From the IMG/VR virus record IMGVR_UViG_3300017655_000014, positions 1-37,070 of that record: a DNA stretch of 37,070 bases; one strand, given 5' to 3'. Of this stretch, positions 18,411 to 26,515 are shown piece by piece. Source of the stretch: a virus. Its lineage: Duplodnaviria > Caudoviricetes. The position numbers and the translations under genes were made by a program. The notes beneath the pieces are model-generated. The model saw only the letters and a list, made by a program, of their open reading frames with translations, made no database searches and had not been told where the DNA came from. Position 1 is the stretch's first letter. Each line of letters opens with the position of its first letter.

Positions 18411-20040
18411 AGTATCGTTTCTCGCCTTTTTCCTGATGTGGGCGAAGGTGCAGGGGTGGATAGTTCCGCTCCTGCATATCCGCATCTGCCATTGGCTGGA
18501 AACCTGCGACGACCCTGTACGCGTGCTGATGATCTTCCGCGGCGCCGCCAAGTCGACGATTTACGCGGTCTACAAGGCGTGGCAGCTCTACCGAGATCGC
18601 ACATGGGTATCGCTGATCTGGGCTGCTGACGGCCCGCTTGCCACCAAGCTGACGCGTGACACCATCAACGTGCTGCGCCGGCACCCGCTGTGTGGCGGCA
18701 TGCTGCCGACCAAGCCGGGCGCGCAAATGTTCTGGGTCGCGGGCGCGACCGATGCGCGCAATGCCAGCATGACGGCCACCGGCGTCAATCAGAACGTCAC
18801 CAGCGCCCGCGCGCGCGATATTGATTACGACGACGTCGAGGTGCCGAAGAACATCCGCACGCCCGAGGCGCGCGAGAACCTGCGCAACAAGATCCAGGAA
18901 TCGACCTTTATTCTTGTGCCCGGTGGCCGCGAAACCTACATCGGCACGCCGCACACCCATGATTCGATTTATCCGGAGCAGGTTGCCGCCGGCGCCGCGT
19001 TGCTGAAGATCCCGCTATTCGAGTCCAGCGTCCGCTACGAGGACACCAGCACGCGCACGCGCTACGCGATCCCGTTCGTACCTGGTGAAGACGGCCTGTA
19101 CGTCATCACCGGGATCCACAAGTTTGCCCGCATGCTGGAGGAGGGTGCCGATTACCAGGTCGAGGGCGGCGAAATCGTTTTTGCCAAGCCGCCCGGCGTG
19201 GTGTTGGATATCTACGCGCACTGCGCCTGGCCGGAGCGCTTCACGCGGGAGGACATCATCAAGCGCCGCCGCAAGACGCGCACCCTGAATTACTGGGACA
19301 GCCAGTACATGCTCGAGGCCAAGCCGATTAACGAATGCCGCCTGGATCCCGAGAAAATCAATGCCTACAGCGTGCAGCCCACGCTTGATCGTGCCAACCG
19401 CTCCGTGCGCATGATGCTGGGAGAGGTGCAGATCGTTTCCGGCCGGGCCTACTGGGATCCATCACTCGGCAAGGCCGGCGGCGATGCCTCGGCCTTTTCC
19501 GTGGTGTATGACGACAACCTGGGCAACCATTACTGGCATGTTTGCGAAGGGCTGACCGGGGAGTTCGCCGAGTTCTCAGACACTCGCAATACCCAGATCA
19601 TCGGCGGGCAGGTGCTGCAGGCCTGCGACATCATCCAGCGCTGCAATATCCTGCACGTCTACGTGGAAGTGAACAGCGTAGGGAGCTTCGTTGGCAAGCT
19701 GCTGTTGCGCGCGCTCAAGCAGCGGGGCCTACGCTGCGGGGTGACCGAGATTGTCCAGAACTCCAACAAAAACGATCGCATCCTGGGTGCGCTGGAGCCG
19801 CCCATCAAGTCCGGCGTGCTTTGGGCGCACGTCGATGTCCTGGACGGCCCGCTATGGGATCAGATGAAGGATTGGAATCCCAAGGTGCGCGAGCAGCCCG
19901 ACGATTACCTCGATAGCGGCGCCGGCGCAGTAGGAAATGCCCCTGTTCGCATCAACCAAATAGTCGAGATTTCGACCGCAGCACCATGGCAAGATTGGCG
20001 CCAATCAACCGGCGTCCACGAGGTGACGCTGGAAACCTGA
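18397..20040 (+). CDS. terL: Terminase large subunit
   Basis: Walker A FRGAAKST, Walker B IDYDDVE, IGTPH coupling motif, nuclease YWDPS...GD.S, VEVN, DD.LD. Confidence 0.92.
   Translation: MGKPRVSFLAFFLMWAKVQGWIVPLLHIRICHWLETCDDPVRVLMIFRGAAKSTIYAVYKAWQLYRDRTWVSLIWAADGPLATKLTRDTINVLRRHPLCGGMLPTKPGAQMFWVAGATDARNASMTATGVNQNVTSARARDIDYDDVEVPKNIRTPEARENLRNKIQESTFILVPGGRETYIGTPHTHDSIYPEQVAAGAALLKIPLFESSVRYEDTSTRTRYAIPFVPGEDGLYVITGIHKFARMLEEGADYQVEGGEIVFAKPPGVVLDIYAHCAWPERFTREDIIKRRRKTRTLNYWDSQYMLEAKPINECRLDPEKINAYSVQPTLDRANRSVRMMLGEVQIVSGRAYWDPSLGKAGGDASAFSVVYDDNLGNHYWHVCEGLTGEFAEFSDTRNTQIIGGQVLQACDIIQRCNILHVYVEVNSVGSFVGKLLLRALKQRGLRCGVTEIVQNSNKNDRILGALEPPIKSGVLWAHVDVLDGPLWDQMKDWNPKVREQPDDYLDSGAGAVGNAPVRINQIVEISTAAPWQDWRQSTGVHEVTLET
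19958..19995 (+). promoter_or_regulatory. Putative late promoter 3 inside terL 3' end (tailspike/lysis operon)
   Basis: AAATAGTCGAGATTTCGACC (19958-19977), 12-nt spacer, CAAGAT (19990-19995). Confidence 0.7.
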
Positions 20041-20079
20041 GCGCCACCTGGTGGCGCCCATCGCCCGAGGTTGCCGCCC

Positions 20080-22347
20080 GTGACTGTCTCAATTCAAGAA
20101 ACCCGGTTCGCATATGTCGGCAACGGCTCGACCGTCGAATTCCCCTATGCATGCCAGATTCACCGCGCCGCGGATATGGTGGTGACGGTTGCCGGCTCCG
20201 TGATCCATTCGGGCTATACGGTGACCGGAGTAGGGAACCCATCGGGCGGCGTCGTGACATTTTCCGCCGCGCCGGCGGCGGGCCAACAGGTAATGCTGGA
20301 ACGGATCATTCCCTTGGAGCGGAGCACCGACTATCAGCAAAACGGGGATTTCCTGTCGAGAGTGGTTAACCCGGATTTTGACCGGCTGTGGATGGCTTTG
20401 CAGCAGTTTGATGCCGCGCTCGGCATCTCTCCGGGCGTGAACGGCAGGGTTCTCCAAATCCCGCGCAACGAACAGCCGATACCGCCGCTGGTAAGCGCTG
20501 CGGATCGAGCCGGCAAGCTGCTGTCGTTCGACGAAAACGGCAACCCGGTCATGACCCTGCCTGCCACCGGTTCAGCGACAGAATTGGCGCTTGAACTGTC
20601 CCAGCCGGACGGCGGCGGGGTTGTTGGATTTGTTCAGCGCTTCCTGGGATCTGTCAGCCGGACCCTGCTGACCAAAACCCGCGAGCGTGTGAGCGTGACT
20701 GACTTCGGTGTGTTCTCCAATGGCGCTGATCCGATGGTGAACAAAGCCACTCTGCAGCGCGCTGTAGACGCAGTGCCAGCGGGCTGCAAACTGGTGATAC
20801 CAAATAGCGACGATGGGTTGCCTGTCGTCATCGACACCAGCCAAGGTTTGTCCGGAGCGGTGAAAATCACGCGCTCAGTGCACATTCAGATTGAGGGCAT
20901 CATCGCCAGCAACTACGGCGTGATGCAAGCTAACCCTCCGTACATGTTCGATGTGCAGGCAGATGGCGTATCGATTACAGGCGCCGGGACGATTGCTGGT
21001 GACGGTACAGTCGATGACACAAATGCCGGCACAATCGCGACGATGCCCGGCTTGATCTATGTGACCGGTGACCGGTTCACCATGCAAGGGCTAACGATCG
21101 ACACCCCGCCGAAAATAGGCGTATCACTGGTTGGCTGCAAGCAGGCCAATATCAGTGACAATCGATTCGTGGGAGGACCAGTCAGCTACACTGAAGAGCA
21201 CACGGCCTATTTCGGTGTGCGTATGTACCTGGGGGGCCACCATATCGTAAGTCAGAATCATTTTGGTACAAGTGCCTCCGGTGGGAAACTCATCAATTGT
21301 ATCTTCGGGGAGGGCACTGATTATTGCCTGATCTCTGGTAATACCGCTGATGGTGTACACGAGAAACTATCCTATCTCTTCGGATCGTATAACCGCGTTA
21401 TAGGGAACGTGGTCAACGATTCCACTATTACGGACGCATTCCGATTCTACGGCTCCTATAACAAGCTAGTCGGGAATCATGCAGTGAATGTGAATGGCGG
21501 AACGCAGATTTTCGACGGCGTCTATAACGAGGTCTCCAGCAATACGTTCATCGGATGTCGCCAGATCGGCGTGAATATTGGGCGCAGCGATCCGGACTAT
21601 ACAGGTGGATTTTCGGGCACGAAGGTGAGCAACAATGTCATCGTTGGCGCATCGTCGGGGGTAAGGACTGACGGCATTCGGATTGCTGCAAATGGGGCGG
21701 GGTCGACGGGCATTGATGTGTCGGGAAACATCGTATCGAATTTTGCTCAGACAGCGGGGGAGGGGCTAATTCGTGTGATCGCGGTATCCCCGTACAGCAT
21801 CGACAACCTGATCATTTCGAATAACACCATAAATGGTGGTTGGAACGCAATTGTCGTGCAGCGCGTTGCCGATTCTCGCATCCAGGGCAACGTCCACAAG
21901 AGCAGTGCCAATGTCGGAATTCTGATCTCTGGTAGCGCACGCATCAGCATCGAAAGTAACACGCTGATATCACCGGGTACCTATGGCGTTGACTTGCAAG
22001 ACTCGACGTCGATCGCTGTGCTGAACAACCGTGTGCATGATGGCGCAAACATCGGAATTTTAGGAATTACAAATTCCAACTGCTATGGCCGTGGTAATCA
22101 ATACAACAACATGCCCCTGGTAGGGGACGTCACTCTTGCAGCCGCAGTATCCACAACTGTCACGCACGGCGGCGTCGCGCCTAACGCGCGGATTATGCTT
22201 CAAGAGAAAAATAGTCTCGCGGGCATCATGCTTGTCAATAAAGGGCGATGCTACGCTGGCCCGAGCGGGGGCAACTTTGTCATCAACGTCGCTAATGGCA
22301 CCTCAGCGGATGGCACCGAGCAATTTCACTACGAGATCATCCAATAA
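20080..22347 (+). CDS. Tailspike: T7 gp17-like N-terminal anchor plus parallel beta-helix (depolymerase-like)
   Basis: GTG start after GAGG; YVGNGST..FPY, GG.VTF..AP, R.TDYQ.NGDF...N.DFDR.W anchor; RERVSVTDFG; many I.GN/NN..  beta-helix repeats; lower GC in the distal part. Confidence 0.85.
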   Translation: MTVSIQETRFAYVGNGSTVEFPYACQIHRAADMVVTVAGSVIHSGYTVTGVGNPSGGVVTFSAAPAAGQQVMLERIIPLERSTDYQQNGDFLSRVVNPDFDRLWMALQQFDAALGISPGVNGRVLQIPRNEQPIPPLVSAADRAGKLLSFDENGNPVMTLPATGSATELALELSQPDGGGVVGFVQRFLGSVSRTLLTKTRERVSVTDFGVFSNGADPMVNKATLQRAVDAVPAGCKLVIPNSDDGLPVVIDTSQGLSGAVKITRSVHIQIEGIIASNYGVMQANPPYMFDVQADGVSITGAGTIAGDGTVDDTNAGTIATMPGLIYVTGDRFTMQGLTIDTPPKIGVSLVGCKQANISDNRFVGGPVSYTEEHTAYFGVRMYLGGHHIVSQNHFGTSASGGKLINCIFGEGTDYCLISGNTADGVHEKLSYLFGSYNRVIGNVVNDSTITDAFRFYGSYNKLVGNHAVNVNGGTQIFDGVYNEVSSNTFIGCRQIGVNIGRSDPDYTGGFSGTKVSNNVIVGASSGVRTDGIRIAANGAGSTGIDVSGNIVSNFAQTAGEGLIRVIAVSPYSIDNLIISNNTINGGWNAIVVQRVADSRIQGNVHKSSANVGILISGSARISIESNTLISPGTYGVDLQDSTSIAVLNNRVHDGANIGILGITNSNCYGRGNQYNNMPLVGDVTLAAAVSTTVTHGGVAPNARIMLQEKNSLAGIMLVNKGRCYAGPSGGNFVINVANGTSADGTEQFHYEIIQ

Positions 22348-22727
22348 TGGACCCGAATTCCTCAAGCGTCGCGGCTGGCGCTGCCGGCTGGAAAGCCATC
22401 GGTGGCCTGGCTGGCGCCGGCGCTATATCGTCCGGCCTGGCTGCGGTCGTAGTCATGATCATGCTGCGCCCCAAAACGGCCGGCGAATGGGTCGTGGCAT
22501 TGGTCTGCACCGTGATGGGCTCGGTCGGCGGCGGCTCCTATGTCGTGATGCACCTGGGCCTGCAGGGCTGGGCGGATTCCTACATCGGGCTGGTCTCCCT
22601 CGGCGGCCTCATGTTCGCCTGTGGCCTGCCCGGCTGGACCATCGTGCGGGCATTCTTCATCTGGGCCGAGCGCCGTCGCGACGCCGACCTTGCCCAGATC
22701 GCCAGGGAAGTGAAAGAGCTGATGTGA
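22347..22727 (+). CDS. Holin (probable)
   Basis: 126 aa with about three hydrophobic segments and a charged C-terminus; directly upstream of the endolysin. Confidence 0.7.
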   Translation: MDPNSSSVAAGAAGWKAIGGLAGAGAISSGLAAVVVMIMLRPKTAGEWVVALVCTVMGSVGGGSYVVMHLGLQGWADSYIGLVSLGGLMFACGLPGWTIVRAFFIWAERRRDADLAQIAREVKELM

Positions 22728-23227
22728 TGGACGCCTCCCGGCTTTTGAAAACCGCGATCCTCCCGGCCCTCGACGAACTCAAGCTGCTGGGGATCCCGGA
22801 CACCACCGCCGCGCGCCGGCTGATGCTGGCGATCGCGCTGCAGGAATCCGGGCTGCAAAACCGCCGGCAAGTGATCTCCGGCAAAGGGGAAGTCGGCCCG
22901 GCCCGCGGCTGGTGGCAGTTCGAGCGGGGCGGTGGCTGTCATGGCGTGCTGACCCATCGGGCCTCGAAGGAGCGGATGCTGTGGATCTGTGACCGCTACA
23001 CCATCGGCACGAGCTCGGCTGCATTGTGGGAAGCGATCCACTACCAGGACATCGTCGCCGCGGCGGCGGCGCGCCTGCTGGTCTACACGCTTCCCGACGC
23101 GCTGCCGACCACTGTAGCCGACGGCTGGGCGCAGTACATCGAAGCGTGGCGGCCAGGCCAGCCATGGCCTGGGCATTGGTCCTCGAGCTGGTATTCCGCC
23201 GACGCCGCGGTCAAGGCTTTGGAATGA
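22727..23227 (+). CDS. Endolysin (lysozyme-like fold)
   Basis: TGATG coupling; LAIALQESG...GPARGWWQFE and Y...WRPG motifs; located between holin and spanins. Confidence 0.78.
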   Translation: MDASRLLKTAILPALDELKLLGIPDTTAARRLMLAIALQESGLQNRRQVISGKGEVGPARGWWQFERGGGCHGVLTHRASKERMLWICDRYTIGTSSAALWEAIHYQDIVAAAAARLLVYTLPDALPTTVADGWAQYIEAWRPGQPWPGHWSSSWYSADAAVKALE

Positions 23228-23607
23228 TGCCGGCCTGGTTGTTGACGCCGGCGGCGCGCGCATCGATCGCTGCCGGCCTGCTGGCCCTGGCCTTCGCCGC
23301 CGGCTGGGCCATCAACGGGTGGCGCGCCGCGGCTCAGATCGCCGAATTGCGCCAGGGAAGGGCAGAATCCGCCGCCCAGGGCGCGCAAAAGGTGCTGGAT
23401 GATATCGAGGCAGCAGCGCGCAAGATAGCGGCTTCTGCCGCCTCCTATGCCGGCGCGCGCGACACGCTCACCGCCAGCCTCAACAAGATCACCAAGGAAC
23501 TGACAAGTGCGAAGCCTTTGCCCGCTGATTGCGCCCCTGATTCTGAGCGCGTGCGCCTCCTCGGCGCCGCCGTTGATGCTGCCAAGCAGGCCGCCGCCGC
23601 TCGATAG
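23224..23607 (+). CDS. Rz: Inner-membrane spanin
   Basis: N-terminal TM segment (...AFAAGWAINGWR), coiled-coil body, C-terminal Cys. Confidence 0.75.
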   Translation: MMPAWLLTPAARASIAAGLLALAFAAGWAINGWRAAAQIAELRQGRAESAAQGAQKVLDDIEAAARKIAASAASYAGARDTLTASLNKITKELTSAKPLPADCAPDSERVRLLGAAVDAAKQAAAAR

Positions 23608-23755
23608 CGCGCTTGCCGCGCCGTGCCTGGTGCCGGATGCGCCGGCGCTCGCGGATTATGACGTCTGGCTAGAATGGGTGATGGGGCCTGTCCTGGGTGC
23701 GCTCGGTGATTGTGCGGCGCGCCATCGGCAAGTTGTCGAGGCCTGGCCGGGGTAA
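23507..23755 (+). CDS. Rz1: Outer-membrane spanin lipoprotein (overlapping Rz)
   Basis: Lipobox LSAC, Pro-rich, L.APC and L.DCAARH motifs; overlaps the 3' end of Rz in another frame. Confidence 0.75.
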   Translation: MRSLCPLIAPLILSACASSAPPLMLPSRPPPLDSALAAPCLVPDAPALADYDVWLEWVMGPVLGALGDCAARHRQVVEAWPG

Positions 23756-23790
23756 ACCGCGCGTCCGGGGAAGCGCGCTATACTTTCCCC

Positions 23791-24111
23791 ATGCTCTTCA
23801 TCATGAAAAAGCTGTATCGGAATGGTGTCGCGCTCAGCGTCGAGGAGCTTGCTGTCGCTCCGAGCTTTATAGGAAGTCTGGTGATAAAAAGTTGGTCCAG
23901 AAGCCAGGACGCCACACCGACAAAGAAGGCGCAGCTGCTTGACATGTCCCGACCTACTTTGCACCCAAGCGTCACCCAACCGCTATTTGAGCCTGTGCTT
24001 GTCAGGATGACCCATCAACAGATGATGCTCCAAGGATATGAGATCCATACCGACGGCGAGACCATCACGCACTTCGCGCAGTGCTGGGTTTTGCAGTCGC
24101 CGCGAGATTAG
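23791..24111 (+). CDS. Hypothetical moron-like protein
   Basis: 106-aa ORF between lysis genes and attP; TATACT 6 nt upstream of the ATG. Confidence 0.6.
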   Translation: MLFIMKKLYRNGVALSVEELAVAPSFIGSLVIKSWSRSQDATPTKKAQLLDMSRPTLHPSVTQPLFEPVLVRMTHQQMMLQGYEIHTDGETITHFAQCWVLQSPRD

Positions 24112-24217
24112 GATTCTCTCAGCTGAGATAGCCGGCGCGGGTCTGCCGGGCTGTTCGATTAATGGTGTTTCGGATGGTATCAAACTTGTAATATATTGTT
24201 TTTTCTACACTAAACAG

Positions 24218-24234
24218 TCCCACCGCTTCCGCCA
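24218..24234 (+). other. attP core matching the 3' end of a tRNA-Ser
   Basis: TCCCACCGCTTCCGCCA corresponds to a T-arm 3' strand, acceptor strand, G discriminator and CCA, like serT-type tRNA-Ser ends (CGCTTCCGCCA); lies in an AT-rich intergenic region upstream of int. Confidence 0.75.
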
Positions 24235-24238
24235 ATTT

Positions 24239-24326
24239 CAGTCCATGCGAGTCCGGCAGAGTCCCGCACAGTCTATCTTCCCTTTGATTTCATTAGGCTT
24301 TGAGTCTATAGTCGTCCACCAGAGTC
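24239..24326 (+). repeat. About 10-bp-periodic AGTCC/AGTCT repeats in attP (candidate Xis sites)
   Basis: cAGTCCatgcgAGTCCggcagAGTCCcgcacAGTCT and gAGTCTatagtcgtccaccagAGTCC. Confidence 0.5.
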
Positions 24327-24393
24327 CAGGACGATACCGCTCAAGCCAGCCGACAATCATGGTATCGCCTGTGGCACCAGGGAGATCGATACC

Positions 24394-25557
24394 ATGGCAC
24401 TCACAGTCAAGCAGGTCGAGGGCGCAAAGCCCAAGGATAAGCCCTACAAGCTCGGCGACGCCGGCGGCCTGTACCTGTACGTTGCGCCCAGCGGATTGAA
24501 GTCATGGCGCGCCAATTTCATGCAGGCCGGACGCCAGCGCACCAGGACGTACGGAAGATTGCCGGGCATGACCCTGGCGCAGGCGCGCGCGGCGCACGCC
24601 GCGGCGAAGGCCCAGGCCACCGAACAGCGCGCAGCGCCGGTGGCGCCGGACTTCCACACCGTCGCCCGCCAGTGGCTGGTGGTCAAGCAACCCTCTCTCT
24701 CCAATCACAAGCACCGCGTGCAGCTCGAAAACACGCTGGAGCGCTTCGTCTATCCCGCCATCGGGAAAATCCCAATCGATCAGATCAAGCGCACGCAGCT
24801 GGCCGACGTGGTGATGCAAACTCAGCAGGGCGGCCGGGTGGAGACTGCGCACCGCGTCGCCGGCCGGATTACGGCGGTGTTCGACTATGCCCAGGACATG
24901 GGGATACTGGAAAGCCATGGCGCCTCGGGTCTGGTGCGGGTGCTGCAGCCACGCAAGGTCAGGAAGCCGATGGCATGCATTCCGCCGGAGGAAACCGGCC
25001 AGCTGCTCGCGCTCATCGATGACTACGACGATCCGGTGACCAGGCTGGGCCTGCTATTGCTGGCGCATACCTTTGTGCGGGTCGGGGAGCTGCGCGGGAT
25101 GCGGTGGGATGAATTGCGGGAGGGCGGGGCGGTCTGGGTGATCCCTGCGGAGCGCATGAAGCTGCGGATCCCGCACGTTGTTCCGCTATCGCGCCAGGCG
25201 CAGGCCATCCTGGCGCAGCTGGAATTGTTGACCGGGGAAGGGGAGCTGGTGCTGAGTTCGACGATCAAGCGCGGCCGGCCGCTGTCGGAGAACACATTCC
25301 TGTTCGCACTGTACCGCCTGGGCTACCGCGGGAGAATGACCGCGCACGGCTTCCGGTCCCTGGCGTCGACCGTGCTGAATGAGCTCTCCGGGTTCCCCCA
25401 TGATGTCATCGAGCGGCAGCTGGCGCACAAGGAGACGGACGCCGTCAGGGCCGCGTACAACCGGGCGCAGTACCTGGATCAGCGGCGCGCCCTGATGACG
25501 TGGTGGGGGGATTGGCTTGACCAACAGCGCGCAGATCATCGACACGCCAGCGCGTGA
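24394..25557 (+). CDS. int: P4-type tyrosine integrase
   Basis: Arm-binding domain (KPKDKPYKLGD.GGLYLYV.PSG.KSW), R(VGE), H.VPLS, HGFR, E.QL.H and catalytic Y in AYNRAQY. Confidence 0.95.
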   Translation: MALTVKQVEGAKPKDKPYKLGDAGGLYLYVAPSGLKSWRANFMQAGRQRTRTYGRLPGMTLAQARAAHAAAKAQATEQRAAPVAPDFHTVARQWLVVKQPSLSNHKHRVQLENTLERFVYPAIGKIPIDQIKRTQLADVVMQTQQGGRVETAHRVAGRITAVFDYAQDMGILESHGASGLVRVLQPRKVRKPMACIPPEETGQLLALIDDYDDPVTRLGLLLLAHTFVRVGELRGMRWDELREGGAVWVIPAERMKLRIPHVVPLSRQAQAILAQLELLTGEGELVLSSTIKRGRPLSENTFLFALYRLGYRGRMTAHGFRSLASTVLNELSGFPHDVIERQLAHKETDAVRAAYNRAQYLDQRRALMTWWGDWLDQQRADHRHASA

Positions 25558-25684
25558 TGCCGCCGAAGCGTACCGGCTGGGGAAGCACGCCGTCTGCTAC
25601 CTTCTGGAAGAACGTCGAGCGGCCGATGGATAGCATGGCCGCCGCTTCGGCGGCGCTCACCAGGACTTTGTCTTGTGGGGTCAT
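25445..25684 (-). CDS. xis: AlpA-type excisionase/recombination directionality factor
   Basis: AAEAAAMLSIGRSTF...V.DG.LPQPVRFGGITRWR..DL; last gene of the leftward operon, convergent with int. Confidence 0.8.
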   Translation of the reverse strand: MTPQDKVLVSAAEAAAMLSIGRSTFFQKVADGVLPQPVRFGGITRWRVDDLRAVGQANPPTTSSGRAADPGTAPGCTRP

Positions 25685-26028
25685 GCCGCAGTCCTCTTAC
25701 CGATCTCTGCCGCCGCGCGAACGATGGCGCGGCGCACGGCAGCAAATTTGTCAGCGCAATCTCGAATTTCTTGGGCTACATGCACCCCATACTTTGGATT
25801 AAATGCCTCTCCTGCCGATACGGTCCCGAACCCATCTGTACACACGGTAAGGTCGCATGCAATAGCTAGCCGCAATGCATCACCATCGTCATCGAGCGGG
25901 TTCCAGCGCGGCAGAGAGCGATGTCTTCCATCTTGCTCAGTTAGCGATATCCCGGAGTCGAGTCTTTCCTCTCCACGTTCAATCCCCGCGGCCTTCGCCG
26001 CCAGCTCAAGCATTTCACGGTCGGTCAT
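25681..26028 (-). CDS. Conserved phage protein
   Basis: MTDREMLELAAKAAG...WNPL.DDGDALRLA...RRAIVRAAAEIG is a recurring phage family pattern; AGGAG RBS. Confidence 0.75.
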   Translation of the reverse strand: MTDREMLELAAKAAGIERGEERLDSGISLTEQDGRHRSLPRWNPLDDDGDALRLAIACDLTVCTDGFGTVSAGEAFNPKYGVHVAQEIRDCADKFAAVRRAIVRAAAEIGKRTAA

Positions 26029-26039
26029 GATCTATCTCC

Positions 26040-26222
26040 TCAACCAAAGATCGCACGAATCCACAGCGTGATCAGCGCAGGGGAGACGAAAAGTGCGAAG
26101 ATGATGCCCATTGTCCATAGTGCTATTTTTTTAATACGAGGTCCGCCGTCTATCAAAGCGAGCACGCAAGGAACAATTCCAAGTATTCCCACGAATGCCA
26201 ACATAACCATGTAAGGGTTCAT
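26040..26222 (-). CDS. Small two-TM membrane protein
   Basis: 60 aa, two hydrophobic stretches, low GC, ATGA coupling. Confidence 0.6.
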   Translation of the reverse strand: MNPYMVMLAFVGILGIVPCVLALIDGGPRIKKIALWTMGIIFALFVSPALITLWIRAIFG

Positions 26223-26515
26223 TTACTGTCCTTTTCCACAAACGGAACCACATTTTTGAGATTCTTTTCAACGCCACCGGCATCAACAAATTTTCGCCAC
26301 ATGAGCGCGTGCCCAGGGCAGTAATGGATGTTGGGCGCTACCTCGAAGGCGTGTGAGTCGCATATCGGCATGTCGCATGTTTTGCTCTCGCCGATGGGGT
26401 AGTCACAGAGATTCGTGCCAACGTCCATGCAGCGATGGTCGGCACAGTGCGGGCCAAGGTCACCGCAAATGAAGAACTTGTCTCCGTTTTCTGTGAATCC
26501 GGCGTAACAGGTCAT
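26219..26515 (-). CDS. Cys/His-rich zinc-binding protein
   Basis: C..C...LCDYP...KTCD.P.C..H....HYCP.H pattern; ATGA coupling. Confidence 0.7.
   Translation of the reverse strand: MTCYAGFTENGDKFFICGDLGPHCADHRCMDVGTNLCDYPIGESKTCDMPICDSHAFEVAPNIHYCPGHALMWRKFVDAGGVEKNLKNVVPFVEKDSK

Noticed and set aside
22136-22726. Long N-terminal extensions in the ORF track (endolysin from 22136; also 2056, 4916, 7481, 17835, 23026, 35838)
   Set aside because: They overlap real upstream genes or terminators; downstream starts with an RBS or stop/start coupling fit better.
24218-24234. tRNA gene
   Set aside because: Only the last 17 nt are present and the upstream sequence cannot form a cloverleaf; it is the att core.
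20080-24393. Diversity-generating retroelement, as in BPP-1
   Set aside because: No reverse transcriptase ORF and no TR/VR repeat pair were seen.
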